Origin: Candidatus Krumholzibacteriia bacterium
GTDB taxonomy: Bacteria > Krumholzibacteriota > Krumholzibacteriia > WVZY01
Assembly (NCBI GenBank): GCA_046754105.1
Contig: JBHHVD010000001.1
Coordinates: 1-64,000, forward strand
Length of the DNA stretch: 64,000 nt
Reading direction: 5' to 3'
Under the pieces are notes generated by a model that was not told the DNA's origin, did no database searches, and worked only from the letters and a program-made list of their open reading frames with translations. Shown one piece after another: positions 9,160-19,349 of this stretch (position 1 is its first letter; every line of letters begins with the position of its first letter). The translations under genes were made by a program, and so were the position numbers.

Positions 9160-10524
9160 ATGCCTGTTCTTCCTTTACTGGTGACCGCTTCGGCGATCGC
9201 CGCGATCGCCCTATGCCTTCTCTACTTCAAGAGGATTGGCATTCGGGGTCTTGACGTTTCCTGGATCTACTACCCCAACACCGTGGTGGTATATGGCCTG
9301 TGGGTCGGTTCGATCCTGACGTTCATGGTTTGCAGTTTTAAGAAATCCCGGCCGTTTCCGGATCGAATCCCGCAAACCCGGTTTCTCTGTCTCGTCCCCG
9401 CCTATAATGAGGCAGCCGTCATACGGAATTCGGTCGAGAGCCTGCTTCGCCAAAACTACCCGAACGCTCTGGTCGAAATCGTCGTCGTGTTCGACGGCAC
9501 GGACGGGACGGGTGAGGCCGCCCGCGGCCTCGGCGTGCGCGTGATCGAGACGCCGGCGCCGGGGTCGGGCAAGCACGTCGGGCTCGCGCGCGCGTTCGAC
9601 CGGCTCCTGGGTACGGACGATGGGCGGTACGTGTGCGTGTTCGACGCCGACAACGTTGTCGACAGCGAATTCCTGCGGACGATGAACAATGCCATCCTCG
9701 CCACCGGCAGTCGCTGTCTCCAGGGTTATCACGACGTGCTCAACAAGCGGGTCAACTGGGTCACGAAGGCCATGTGGTGCGGCACCGCCGCGTCTTCGCG
9801 GCTCTACAACCAGGGCCGGTACAGCGGCATCGGCAACGCGCTCATTTGTGGCACGGGCTGGTGCTGCCAGGGCAGCCTGGTCAAGCGGCACTGGCCCACG
9901 ATCCGGACGCAGACCGAGGACATCGAGCTCAATGGTCTACTGTTACTGGGAGAGGGCGTCCGTGTTGCGTGGGTACCGGAGGCCCGCTTCTACGACGAGA
10001 AACCGAACAACCTGTGGGTCGCCGTAGGTCAGCGCCGGCGGTGGATGACCGGTCACCTGCGGGTATTTCGCTACCTCGGCTGGCGCTGCCTGAGAGAGTC
10101 CTTCCGGCGCAAAGACATCGCCCTGTTCGAGATCTTCTTATACTACGCGGTTCCCATTGCCATGTCGATCGCCGTCGTCCAGTTCTTCGGGGTTCTTACC
10201 GGCATCTCCCTGGGGGTTCTCAGCGTGTCGGGACCGCTGGCCACCGGCGAAGCCCAGTTCACGCTGGGCGCTATCACCGTCGGTTACATCATGGGCTACC
10301 AGATCATCGGTTTCACCCTGGAAAACCGCCAGTGGCCCCGGGGTGTCCTCTATAGCTTCTATACCGTCGTCTTCTCCGCCGTCGTCTGGACCATGGCCCT
10401 GGTGTGGGCGTGGTTTTCGATGAACCGGAGCGACTGGATGTCGCATACGCCACACGTGGCGAGGGCCGTCTCCGGCCCGGCGATCGACGCGAACCTGCCT
10501 GTCACCGTCAAAGGAAGAACATGA
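9160..10524 (+). CDS. Processive membrane GT2 glycosyltransferase (polysaccharide synthase-like)
   Basis: PAYNEA, FDADN, TEDIE and QRRRW motifs; N- and C-terminal TM helices; start uncertain (9043, 9094 or 9160). Confidence 0.85.
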   Translation: MPVLPLLVTASAIAAIALCLLYFKRIGIRGLDVSWIYYPNTVVVYGLWVGSILTFMVCSFKKSRPFPDRIPQTRFLCLVPAYNEAAVIRNSVESLLRQNYPNALVEIVVVFDGTDGTGEAARGLGVRVIETPAPGSGKHVGLARAFDRLLGTDDGRYVCVFDADNVVDSEFLRTMNNAILATGSRCLQGYHDVLNKRVNWVTKAMWCGTAASSRLYNQGRYSGIGNALICGTGWCCQGSLVKRHWPTIRTQTEDIELNGLLLLGEGVRVAWVPEARFYDEKPNNLWVAVGQRRRWMTGHLRVFRYLGWRCLRESFRRKDIALFEIFLYYAVPIAMSIAVVQFFGVLTGISLGVLSVSGPLATGEAQFTLGAITVGYIMGYQIIGFTLENRQWPRGVLYSFYTVVFSAVVWTMALVWAWFSMNRSDWMSHTPHVARAVSGPAIDANLPVTVKGRT

Positions 10525-11741
10525 ACGCACCCATGAGCCACCCGTGGAGAAGTACGTTGGTATTACTGTGTCTCGCGTCGGCCTTCCTGTTCCCCGCCGG
10601 GCGGGGCACGCCGCAGACCACGAACGCCCCGAACCGGGACGAGCTGCGCGAATGGCTGGTCACGGCCGAAAGGCTCGACGGAAAGGCGTCAGGGCTATAT
10701 CCCTACTATAGGAGCGAAGAGAAAGACTTCGAATCTTCCCCCGATGACTTTCTCTCTCCAATGGTCAGCGCCAAGTGCATTCTCTTCTGGTTGGAGGAAG
10801 ATGACGTGTGGCGGGCCGCCCGCATTGCGGACCGCCTCCTCTACTGGCAGGAGGCAAAAGAAAAGGAGGTCCACCCGGCAGCCAGGGGTGCTCTGCCGAG
10901 CCAGATCACCTGGAGCGGCGGCGAGTGGGTGGCCGGTGATCGATACTATAGTAGCGACAACCTCGTAATCCTCGAGGCGTTCCTGCTGCTGTACGAGAGA
11001 ACGCAAGCGGACACGCTCCTGTCCGCGTCGGGAAAAATCGCCACGTGGTTCAAGGACGTAATGTGCCACGGTGAACGCTTCGGCGTGTGGCGCGAAGAAC
11101 ACGGCGCGCCGATGCAGTTTGTCACCGACGACGGCGCGTTCAACAACAAGATCTTCACGGCGCAGGAGCTGCTGTGGATCGATGCTCTTCGCCATTTCGG
11201 CGAACTGTCCGGAAAGATGGAGTACATCGAACAGTTCGAGAAATCAAAAGCGTTTCTCCTAAGAGGGCAGTCCCGGCGTGGGGTCTGGTTCGATCACTAC
11301 GATCCGGGTTATCCCCCGAAATCATACGACAGCTCAAGATGGCACTGGTACGGCAGCGACGTCGTAGTCGCGGACAACGCTTTGCGGGCGGCCCTGGGTG
11401 CTTATCGTGTGGGGGCGCGCGAGCAGGCGGAGCGCTTCGCCGACTGGCTGCAGCCCGTCGACGGGGCGGTGTACGCCTACCTCAACGTAACGACCGGCAG
11501 CGGCCGGTTCAACGACCCGACCCAGCCCTACTACGACGTCGTGGCATCGGGGCTATGGCGGCAGCTGGCGAGGAAGCTCGGTCGTCCGAAGGAGGTCGCA
11601 TCGGCCGACCGCTTTCTTCAGCGCACGCAGAACCGGAGCGGCGGATGGTATTGGGGGCTTTCCGCCACCGGCCTGCGACCCCTTCACAGGACGGAAGCGG
11701 TACTTACCGGCCTGTGGGCTGTATCAAACCTGAATCTCTAG
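10521..11741 (+). CDS. Exported protein, possibly an alpha/alpha-toroid glycoside hydrolase/epimerase-like fold
   Basis: Signal peptide; helical and Trp/Tyr-rich with repeats such as FLLRGQSRRGVW and FLQRTQNRSGGW; ATGA-coupled to the GT2 gene; function inferred from context. Confidence 0.5.
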   Translation: MNAPMSHPWRSTLVLLCLASAFLFPAGRGTPQTTNAPNRDELREWLVTAERLDGKASGLYPYYRSEEKDFESSPDDFLSPMVSAKCILFWLEEDDVWRAARIADRLLYWQEAKEKEVHPAARGALPSQITWSGGEWVAGDRYYSSDNLVILEAFLLLYERTQADTLLSASGKIATWFKDVMCHGERFGVWREEHGAPMQFVTDDGAFNNKIFTAQELLWIDALRHFGELSGKMEYIEQFEKSKAFLLRGQSRRGVWFDHYDPGYPPKSYDSSRWHWYGSDVVVADNALRAALGAYRVGAREQAERFADWLQPVDGAVYAYLNVTTGSGRFNDPTQPYYDVVASGLWRQLARKLGRPKEVASADRFLQRTQNRSGGWYWGLSATGLRPLHRTEAVLTGLWAVSNLNL

Positions 11742-11755
11742 AAGAAGGTGATCTG

Positions 11756-12622
11756 ATGAGGAGAGACGTACTTACAATAATAGTCGCGGTCACGCTCATG
11801 CCCGGGGCGTTCGTCTCGGGCCACGCACAGAGTGTGGATCCGCTCAAGCGTCCCACGCGTATAGACGTGGGAGGTTTCCTGTATTCCTTCTCGGAGGGCA
11901 GCGGCGAGTACGGCCCGTGGTGGGGAACGCGTCTCAAGGCAACGAATAGCCCCCCGGCCGGCATGCTGGGCGCCACCGGCATCTTCGAGCTCGTGACCGA
12001 ATCGCACCGGGATACGGGAAACGAAAGCAGCGGCGTATACGGGGCGGGAACGGCGTACTACGATTGGAACCAGCGCGTCTTTACGCTATCGAGCATCGGT
12101 CTCGGGTCCGGGGATCCCCTTCTCAAGTTCAACCTGTACAACGAAGTGGATCTCAAGCTGTTTCGCGGCCGGCACGTGGTCGGCCTGGGAGCCGGCTACC
12201 TCGACTACCACGACGTAAACAGTGCATCGTACCTTTCCTTCGCGGCGAGCTATTTCTGGACCGATACGTTCGGCAGCCCGCTGCGGGTTGTTCTGCAGTA
12301 TAACTACCGGCGCTATTTCGCCGAACCGATCCACGAGCAGACGGGCGCGCACATCCTTGTCGCCGGGTTCGGCGCGGAGGGTCGCTGGACCCGCGTGCAG
12401 TACATCCACGGCCGCGACTTGTTCAGGGCCGGCGGGGATGGAGCACCGGTATTTGACGCGGATTTCGACGGGAACGTCCTGGCCCTGCAGCACGAGGAAT
12501 CGTTGACGCAAAGCTACGGGTTCACGATCGGCCTGGACTTCGTAAACAAGTCCCGCAATGGGGACGGCCGGACGCTTTTCAGCGGCCCCGGCGCGGAGGT
12601 GGGGTTCTTCTGGAACCTTTGA
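11756..12622 (+). CDS. Outer-membrane beta-barrel protein, YaiO-like
   Basis: Signal peptide after MRRDV (GAAGG RBS); alternating amphipathic strands (YYDWNQRVFTLSSIGLG); aromatic C-terminus FFWNL. Confidence 0.65.
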   Translation: MRRDVLTIIVAVTLMPGAFVSGHAQSVDPLKRPTRIDVGGFLYSFSEGSGEYGPWWGTRLKATNSPPAGMLGATGIFELVTESHRDTGNESSGVYGAGTAYYDWNQRVFTLSSIGLGSGDPLLKFNLYNEVDLKLFRGRHVVGLGAGYLDYHDVNSASYLSFAASYFWTDTFGSPLRVVLQYNYRRYFAEPIHEQTGAHILVAGFGAEGRWTRVQYIHGRDLFRAGGDGAPVFDADFDGNVLALQHEESLTQSYGFTIGLDFVNKSRNGDGRTLFSGPGAEVGFFWNL

Positions 12623-12680
12623 TCGGCACAAAAGGTGGCGTAGTCGTCACGTTACTCACGCGATGAGAGGGGGCCCCGGC

Positions 12681-13829
12681 ATGAAGATCATGACGCTGTT
12701 CGGCACTCGGCCCGAGATTATCAAGCTCGCTCCGTTGGTCGAGGAGTTGAAGAAACACGATGCGGAGGTGGCACCGGTGCTGGTGTCCACCGGGCAACAC
12801 AAGAGGTTCACCGAACAAATGACGGTTTTTTTCAATCTGCGCCCCGATTACGACTTAGACATCATGAAGGATCGCCAAACGCTCGCTCATATTATCACCG
12901 CCGTAATCGATCGTCTCGACCCAATCCTCGTAAAGGAGCGGCCCGATATTCTCGTTGTCCAGGGCGATACATCCAGCAGCACGGCGGGAGCGATCGCGGC
13001 CAGCTTCCGGGCCATCCGCGTGGCGCACATCGAAGCGGGGCTGCGCACGCCCGATAAACTCAGCCCGTTTCCAGAAGAAATCAACCGCCGGCTTACCGGG
13101 GTCACCGCCGATTGGCACTTCGCGCCCACCGAGTGGGCCCGGCAGAACCTCTTGAAGGAGGGCAAGAATCCAGCCACGATTCACGTAACGGGCAACACGA
13201 TCGTCGACGCCATGAAAACGATTCTCGCTGAAAAAGACTGCAATCCGCCCGCCGGATCCCGGAACGGATGCAGGGAACTCCTGGTGACGGTTCACAGGCG
13301 GGAGAACTTCGGCAAGCGGCTGCGGAGGATCTGCTACGCGTTGAGAGCGATCGCGGACGACCACCCGGACGTGCGCTTGACCTTTCCCGTTCACTGGAAC
13401 CCCAACGTGCGGGAGCCCATAACGAAGATGCTCAGTGGACACCCACGGATCCAGCTGCTCAAACCGTTCTCATACGTGAAGTTTCTCCAGGCGCTACAGC
13501 GTTGTCACTTCGTCCTGACGGATTCCGGAGGAGTCCAGGAGGAGGCACCGTTCCTCGGCAAGCCCGTGCTCGTGCTTCGCGAGGTCACCGAGCGCCCCGA
13601 AGCAGTGGAGGCCGGGGTGGCGAAGCTCGTCGGCACCGACCCGTACCGGATTATCACGGCCGCCGGTGAGCTGCTGACAGACCCGCTGGCCTATGACTCG
13701 ATGTCCTGCCGGGTTTCCCCGTTCGGCGATGGACAGGCGAGCGAGCGGATCGTCAACGTGCTGCTTCGCGACGTCGCCGGGCTCCCCGTCAGGAGCGGGG
13801 CGGCAGCGATGTTTGACACCATCCATTGA
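12681..13829 (+). CDS. wecB: UDP-N-acetylglucosamine 2-epimerase (non-hydrolysing)
   Basis: GTRPEIIK, TGQH, QGDT, HIEAGLRT, PFPEEINR, HRREN, TDSGGVQEE and TERPE motifs. Confidence 0.95.
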   Translation: MKIMTLFGTRPEIIKLAPLVEELKKHDAEVAPVLVSTGQHKRFTEQMTVFFNLRPDYDLDIMKDRQTLAHIITAVIDRLDPILVKERPDILVVQGDTSSSTAGAIAASFRAIRVAHIEAGLRTPDKLSPFPEEINRRLTGVTADWHFAPTEWARQNLLKEGKNPATIHVTGNTIVDAMKTILAEKDCNPPAGSRNGCRELLVTVHRRENFGKRLRRICYALRAIADDHPDVRLTFPVHWNPNVREPITKMLSGHPRIQLLKPFSYVKFLQALQRCHFVLTDSGGVQEEAPFLGKPVLVLREVTERPEAVEAGVAKLVGTDPYRIITAAGELLTDPLAYDSMSCRVSPFGDGQASERIVNVLLRDVAGLPVRSGAAAMFDTIH

Positions 13830-13861
13830 CGTAAGCCGGGCGGGACACGGAGGATTCAACA

Positions 13862-14821
13862 ATGAGCTTGTCGGAATCATCCATGTATGACGCAAAGGAC
13901 TACGGGACGGAGACGCCTCCCGATGAGGCCTTGGAGTTGGAACGCCACTCGTGGCGCAACTGGGTGCTCCTGGCAAGCGCGTCGGTCCTGACGACGGTCG
14001 GCCTCGCCACGGCGATCCCGCCGCTTCTCAACGCCCGTGTCGAGAACGTCTGGCCCTGGGTGAATACCGACCTCGTGCTGCTGGTCGGTATCTCGCTCGC
14101 CATGTTCGTCTTCGTGAGCTACCTGTCCCAGCAGCAACTCCAGGCCGGCGCGACACGCAGGCGCCTTCAACAGCTGCAGGAGGAGGCGAACGAGCGCACT
14201 CGGCGCAGCTACTCCCGGCTTCTCGGTCTCTTCAACGTGAGCCGCCTGATCGGAGCCGAGATCCACCTCGAAGGCGTCTTCGATTGTATTACGAAGATGT
14301 GCACCCAGACCTTCGAGTGCCAGCGAGCCTCGCTCATGTTGTATGACAGACAGAGTGACGACCTCATCGTCCGGTCGACGAGCATGCAATCGGGGGCCGG
14401 CACTGTCCTTGGTTTGCGGCAGAAGGTCGGCACGGGCATTTCCGGCTGGGTGGCGAAGTATCGCAAACCCATCCTGATCCGGGAGCCCGCCGATATCGAA
14501 AAGTACCCCGGCCTCGAGGCCGAAATGCGGTACGTCGCGGCGTCGATGGTCGTCCCCATCATCGCCGGCAACGAACTCGTCGGTGTCCTCAACGTCAGCA
14601 GCAATGCTCCGGACATCGATTACAGCGAAGAAGACCTGCGGATACTCTGGGTGTTCGCCGAGAACGCGGGGACGTTCATCCGCTTAAAGACACAGGCGGA
14701 CTGGATAAAGGAATCCGTCCGCCTCTCGAGGCAGTGCCCGCGTTTCCAGGGCGATTGTCTGCCCGAAACGAAGGATTTAACGATGGTCGAAAACATCGCG
14801 GACACGTGTCGCAGGCCCTGA
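13862..14821 (+). CDS. Membrane protein with coiled coil and GAF domain, no evident output domain
   Basis: Two TM segments, a coiled coil, then a GAF domain (GTGISGWVA...SMVVPI...GVLNVS). Confidence 0.75.
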   Translation: MSLSESSMYDAKDYGTETPPDEALELERHSWRNWVLLASASVLTTVGLATAIPPLLNARVENVWPWVNTDLVLLVGISLAMFVFVSYLSQQQLQAGATRRRLQQLQEEANERTRRSYSRLLGLFNVSRLIGAEIHLEGVFDCITKMCTQTFECQRASLMLYDRQSDDLIVRSTSMQSGAGTVLGLRQKVGTGISGWVAKYRKPILIREPADIEKYPGLEAEMRYVAASMVVPIIAGNELVGVLNVSSNAPDIDYSEEDLRILWVFAENAGTFIRLKTQADWIKESVRLSRQCPRFQGDCLPETKDLTMVENIADTCRRP

Positions 14822-14861
14822 CGAAGGCCGCGACGTCGGGATATTTGACCGGAGCAGAAAC

Positions 14862-15251
14862 ATGGTGGAGGCAACCACGAACAAGTCGACGGTACTGATC
14901 GTCGAAGACAATCCCGCCAACATGAAACTCGTGGGAGATCTGCTCAGATACAACAGCCTCAACGTCGTCGAGGCAACCGACGGCCCGAGTGCACTGGACG
15001 CTCTGAAGACCGTCAGACCGGACCTGATCCTCATGGACATCAACCTGCCCAGAATGAGCGGGATCGATTTGTTCAAGAAAATCCGGGAACAGCGGCGGTT
15101 CAACTCGGTGACAATCGTGGCTCTGACCGCCCTGGCGATGAAGGAAGACAAAGAAACCATATTGAACGCCGGTTTCGACGGGTATATCTCGAAACCCATC
15201 GATACGAGGGAATTCGTACGGCTGGTACGGGAGAAGCTGCCGGCCAGGTGA
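14862..15251 (+). CDS. Single-domain response regulator (DivK-like)
   Basis: IVEDN, LMDINLP, ALTA and YISKP receiver motifs. Confidence 0.92.
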   Translation: MVEATTNKSTVLIVEDNPANMKLVGDLLRYNSLNVVEATDGPSALDALKTVRPDLILMDINLPRMSGIDLFKKIREQRRFNSVTIVALTALAMKEDKETILNAGFDGYISKPIDTREFVRLVREKLPAR

Positions 15252-15350
15252 GGGCACCCCCATTGTTTCGGCCCCACGACCAACCGGGGACAGCGGCCGG
15301 CCCCGCGGACGGGCCGACAAGAAATACGATTCCACCTTGCACACGGCCGG

Positions 15351-17792
15351 ATGACGCCGGCGGCACGGAGGTCAGGTTTGGATTTGCAAGCACAGCCGGA
15401 TGACGACGCCAGAGTCCACGGGATGCTGTCCGGGTTTGCCGCTGCAGGGATTCGCTTCATCCTCGAGCGCACGATTCTCGTTCTGACTATCGTGCTCGTC
15501 TTTGGTGTGGGCGGCCTCCTGTGGGATCTATCCCGGCTCTCACGCGACATCGCCAGGTCGGGGGCCGTACGGGACGCGGAGCGGGTTGCCACGCTGTTGA
15601 TGGCGTTCCGCGACCTCTACTCGACCGAGATCGTGGAACCGCTGGCGGCCAGCGGGTCGCCGGTCAGGGTCGACTACAAAACGACCGAGGGAGCGCTGCC
15701 GCCACCCGGCATCCTGGTCGGTGAGTTGGGCCAGCGGGTCGCCAGGGTGGATCCCGGAGTCAGAGTCCGCGTGTACAATGGCCACACCCGGTACCGTGGC
15801 GACGACCCCAGAAAGGTTTTCGAGCGGGATGCTCTGAAATACCTGCGGGAGCATCCCGACACTTCGTTTACCCGCTTCGAGAAGACAACCGGCGGTATTC
15901 TCCTCAGGTACGCCACGGCGAATCGCATGACGAGATCCTGTGTCGATTGTCACAACCGACGCGCCGAAGTGCCCGGGGCCGATGTAGAAACCGGGGAGTT
16001 CCTGGGCGTCCTCGAAATCACGCGGCCGGTCGAGCACTTGCTCGCGAAGGCCCCGCCTCCGGTAAAGATGATTTTTTCGGCGGCGGCAATCATGACGGCA
16101 TTTGCGCTTTCGGGCCTGGTTCTGGCCACGGCCCGGGAGCGCAAGAGCGCGACGGCGCTGAAAGTACGCGCGCGCGAGGTCGAAGCCTCGAACCGCGCGC
16201 TGCAGGCGCTGATAAGCCAGCAGGAGAGAGTCGAAAAGCACCTGCAGGTCCTGAAGCATGAAGCGGAAAAGGCAAGCTGGGCGAAAAGCGAGTTCCTCGC
16301 CAACATGTCGCACGAGCTGCGGACGCCGCTCAACGCCATCATGGGGTTCTCCGAAGTGCTGAGCGACGAGCACTTCGGCGAGCTGAACGACAAGCAAAAA
16401 GAATACACCCACGATATCTGGGAGAGCGGAGAGCACCTCTTGTCGCTGATCAACGACATTCTCGATCTCTCGAAGATCGAGGCGGGCAAAACGGAGCTCA
16501 ATCTCACCATGGTCGATCTGAAACATACGATCGAGACCTGCATCGGCCTCGTCAGCGAAAAGGCGAGGTCGCACGGCGTCGCCATCTACAGCAGTATTCC
16601 CGATGATTTTTCGGAAATGCACCTCGATGAGCGAAAGATCAAGCAGGTGCTGTTCAACATCCTCTCCAACGCCATCAAGTTCACGCTCGCCGGCGGCAGG
16701 ATCGACGTCGAGGCAAGGCAGGAAGGCGACGAGGTCCTGGTCTCAATCCGGGACACTGGAATCGGTGTCGAGGATCGCGACAGAGAAAAGGTTTTCGAAG
16801 AATTCCAGCAGATCGACGATGCCCGGGCACGGGAGTACGCGGGCACTGGATTGGGAATGCCCCTGTCCAAGAAAATGGTCGAGCTGCACGGCGGCAGAAT
16901 CTGGTTCGACAGCGAGGGCGAGAACAAGGGAACCTGCTTCACCTTTACCCTGCCTTCGCGGGGCATCGATCTGAAAGACGCCACGACCAACGCGGAAAAG
17001 ACGGATGCCATAAGGCAGAACTGGAGCGACCGCCCGGACGCGCTAACGGTGCTGGTTATCGAGGACGACTTGAGATCCGCCAAGCTGCTCAATTCCCTGC
17101 TCACCGAGGCGGGATTCAACGTCGAGCACGTTTATGACGGTTTCGACGTTTTCACGGCCATCGAGTCCACGAAACCCGATTTTATCACGCTCGACGTCCT
17201 GCTGCCCGGCAGGTACGGGTGGGACGTCCTCGTCGACTTGAAGGCGAACCCCGCAACGACGGAGATACCGGTAGTGACCATAACGATCGTTGACGACCGG
17301 GAGAAGGCTCTCGAATTGGGATCCGACGAATTCATCGTAAAACCGGTTACAAAGGAAGCGCTGTACGACGGCCTGGCACGGATGGGGGTTTACAGCAAGG
17401 GTACGATCCTCGTCATCGACGATGAGCAGAGGATCGTAAAGGTCGTCGGTGCGATGCTCGAGTCAGGGGGGTTTCGGGCAGTCGGGGCAAACCGGGCCAG
17501 CGACGGCATAGAAATCGCCGTTCGCGAACAGCCGCTCGCCATAATCATGGATCTCGCAATGCCGGAAATGAGCGGTTTCGACGCGGTGGAGATCTTGCGC
17601 CGGAAGGATGCGACGCGTGACATCCCCATACTTGTGATAACCGGCAAGGATCTCACGGAAGCCGAGCTGGGGCTTCTCGGAGAGCGCGCCGAGGCGATCA
17701 TCTTGAAGGCGCAGTACGATAAAGAGGCCCTGTTGAGGGAGATCAACAGGGTGATATCAAAGAACACCAAGACGCGGAGGATAATGACATGA
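15351..17792 (+). CDS. Hybrid histidine kinase with periplasmic DUF3365/Tll0287-like c-heme sensor and two receiver domains
   Basis: TM-sensor-TM layout with [29 protein letters not shown] and GTGLG; two REC domains (LDVLLP, MDLAMP); start may be 15423. Confidence 0.88.
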   Translation: MTPAARRSGLDLQAQPDDDARVHGMLSGFAAAGIRFILERTILVLTIVLVFGVGGLLWDLSRLSRDIARSGAVRDAERVATLLMAFRDLYSTEIVEPLAASGSPVRVDYKTTEGALPPPGILVGELGQRVARVDPGVRVRVYNGHTRYRGDDPRKVFERDALKYLREHPDTSFTRFEKTTGGILLRYATANRMTRSCVDCHNRRAEVPGADVETGEFLGVLEITRPVEHLLAKAPPPVKMIFSAAAIMTAFALSGLVLATARERKSATALKVRAREVEASNRALQALISQQERVEKHLQVLKHEAEKASWAKSEFLANMSHELRTPLNAIMGFSEVLSDEHFGELNDKQKEYTHDIWESGEHLLSLINDILDLSKIEAGKTELNLTMVDLKHTIETCIGLVSEKARSHGVAIYSSIPDDFSEMHLDERKIKQVLFNILSNAIKFTLAGGRIDVEARQEGDEVLVSIRDTGIGVEDRDREKVFEEFQQIDDARAREYAGTGLGMPLSKKMVELHGGRIWFDSEGENKGTCFTFTLPSRGIDLKDATTNAEKTDAIRQNWSDRPDALTVLVIEDDLRSAKLLNSLLTEAGFNVEHVYDGFDVFTAIESTKPDFITLDVLLPGRYGWDVLVDLKANPATTEIPVVTITIVDDREKALELGSDEFIVKPVTKEALYDGLARMGVYSKGTILVIDDEQRIVKVVGAMLESGGFRAVGANRASDGIEIAVREQPLAIIMDLAMPEMSGFDAVEILRRKDATRDIPILVITGKDLTEAELGLLGERAEAIILKAQYDKEALLREINRVISKNTKTRRIMT

Positions 17793-19297
17793 GCCATGAC
17801 AATGAATCGACAAACGTCATCGACCGGCCGGCCGATGGCAGCGACAAGGCGAAAACACTGCTGCTCGTGGACGACGAGCCGAAGAACGTGCGTCTGCTGG
17901 AAGCGCTGCTCCTGCCCCACGGTTTCGAGCTACTGACGGCCGGGAGCGGCGAGGAGTGTTTGCAGGCGATCGACGAGAGAGACGTCGACCTGGTTCTCCT
18001 GGACGTCATGATGCCCGGCATGAACGGCTACGAGGTGACGCGGAGGATCCGGTCCAATCCGAACACGCGCCTGCTTCCGATCGTGGTTATCTCGGCTCTG
18101 CGTGAGACATCGGACCGGGTGGAGGGCATCCAGGCGGGCTGTGACGATTTCATTTCAAAACCCTTCGACAAGAACGAAGTGCTGGCGAAGATCCACACGA
18201 CGTTGAAGCTGAGTCACTACCGGCGGCAGTTGGACGAGAAGGAAAAGTTCGAAGCTCTGATCACGAGGATCAGTGAGGGGATCGTCCTGTGTGAATCCGA
18301 CTGGTCGATCCTGCGAATGAACGACCACGGCAGGCGCTTTCTGCCCGGCGCCAGCCCGGGCTCGGACCTGCTAGACGCCATCTTCGATACGTATACCGTG
18401 TCGGTGCCGCGCGATGAGCTTGCCGGGAGTCTCTCCGAGACCAGCAAGCGGTTTCTGCTGGCCCGATCCCGCGACGGAGGCTCCGGACCTTCTTACGTGC
18501 ACGCGAACCTCGACGTCATGGCGGACCCGGACGGAAACGTGACAAGCCTCGTCTTGTCGATGCGCGATATGACCGGCGAACGAAGAGAAGAAAAACAAAA
18601 GGAAGATTTCTTGAACGTCGTCTCCCACAAGCTCCGGGGACCGCTGTCCGCGATTTCCCGGGGCTTGTCGCATTTCCGCGATGGCTCCACCGGAGCGTTG
18701 AACAAGGAGCAGATGGCCTACATAGAGAGCATGGCGGCCGAGGCGAACTCTTTAACGGGCCTCGTGGAAAAACTCATCCGGTTCTCCATCGTCAACAGCG
18801 TGTCCGTCATCAACAGCCCCTCATTGGCGCTTTCCACCGAGAAGATCAAACTGAAGAGCTACCTGCCGAGGTTGCTCGAATCCACGGTGAGTGGTTACGG
18901 CACCAGGAAAGTGGAGCTCGATGTTACGGTGAAGAATGAGACAGCGAGCGTAGAGATCAGCAGTGTGTATTTCGACACCATCATTTCGAACCTCGTCGAG
19001 AACGCAATCCAGTTCTGCGACAAGGAGACGGTGATGCTCGACGTCGTCGCGGACAAGGTGGACCAAGAGGTCACGATTGCGGTGGGCGACAACGGGCCGG
19101 GCATACCGCGGGAAGAAAAGAAACGGGTGTTCGAAACGTTCTACCAGGCAGGAGGAAAGTCGAGCCCACACGCAGATGGTGTGGGCCTGGGGCTGCCGCT
19201 GGTCAAGCGGCTCGTGGGTGCGTATGGGGGCGACGTCAAGCTAACGTCGTCCCCGTCAAGGGGCTCGATTTTTACAATCACGTTCCCGGCGGGTTAG
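17789..19297 (+). CDS. REC-PAS-like-HisKA-HATPase hybrid protein
   Basis: VDDEP, LDVMMP and FISKP; H-box [21 protein letters not shown] and GVGLGL. Confidence 0.88.
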   Translation: MSHDNESTNVIDRPADGSDKAKTLLLVDDEPKNVRLLEALLLPHGFELLTAGSGEECLQAIDERDVDLVLLDVMMPGMNGYEVTRRIRSNPNTRLLPIVVISALRETSDRVEGIQAGCDDFISKPFDKNEVLAKIHTTLKLSHYRRQLDEKEKFEALITRISEGIVLCESDWSILRMNDHGRRFLPGASPGSDLLDAIFDTYTVSVPRDELAGSLSETSKRFLLARSRDGGSGPSYVHANLDVMADPDGNVTSLVLSMRDMTGERREEKQKEDFLNVVSHKLRGPLSAISRGLSHFRDGSTGALNKEQMAYIESMAAEANSLTGLVEKLIRFSIVNSVSVINSPSLALSTEKIKLKSYLPRLLESTVSGYGTRKVELDVTVKNETASVEISSVYFDTIISNLVENAIQFCDKETVMLDVVADKVDQEVTIAVGDNGPGIPREEKKRVFETFYQAGGKSSPHADGVGLGLPLVKRLVGAYGGDVKLTSSPSRGSIFTITFPAG

Positions 19298-19349
19298 CGG
19301 GGCTCCGGACAGACGCGCCGTCCCCGCCGGAGCGCACGGAGCATCGCCG

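Noticed and set aside
7760..9160. c-di-GMP or other riboswitch, or a CRISPR array, in the long intergenic region
   Set aside because: No GEMM-type GCAAA/GNRA architecture recognised; the repeats are short degenerate palindromes with irregular spacing, not CRISPR repeats; an Rfam scan would be needed to exclude ncRNA fully
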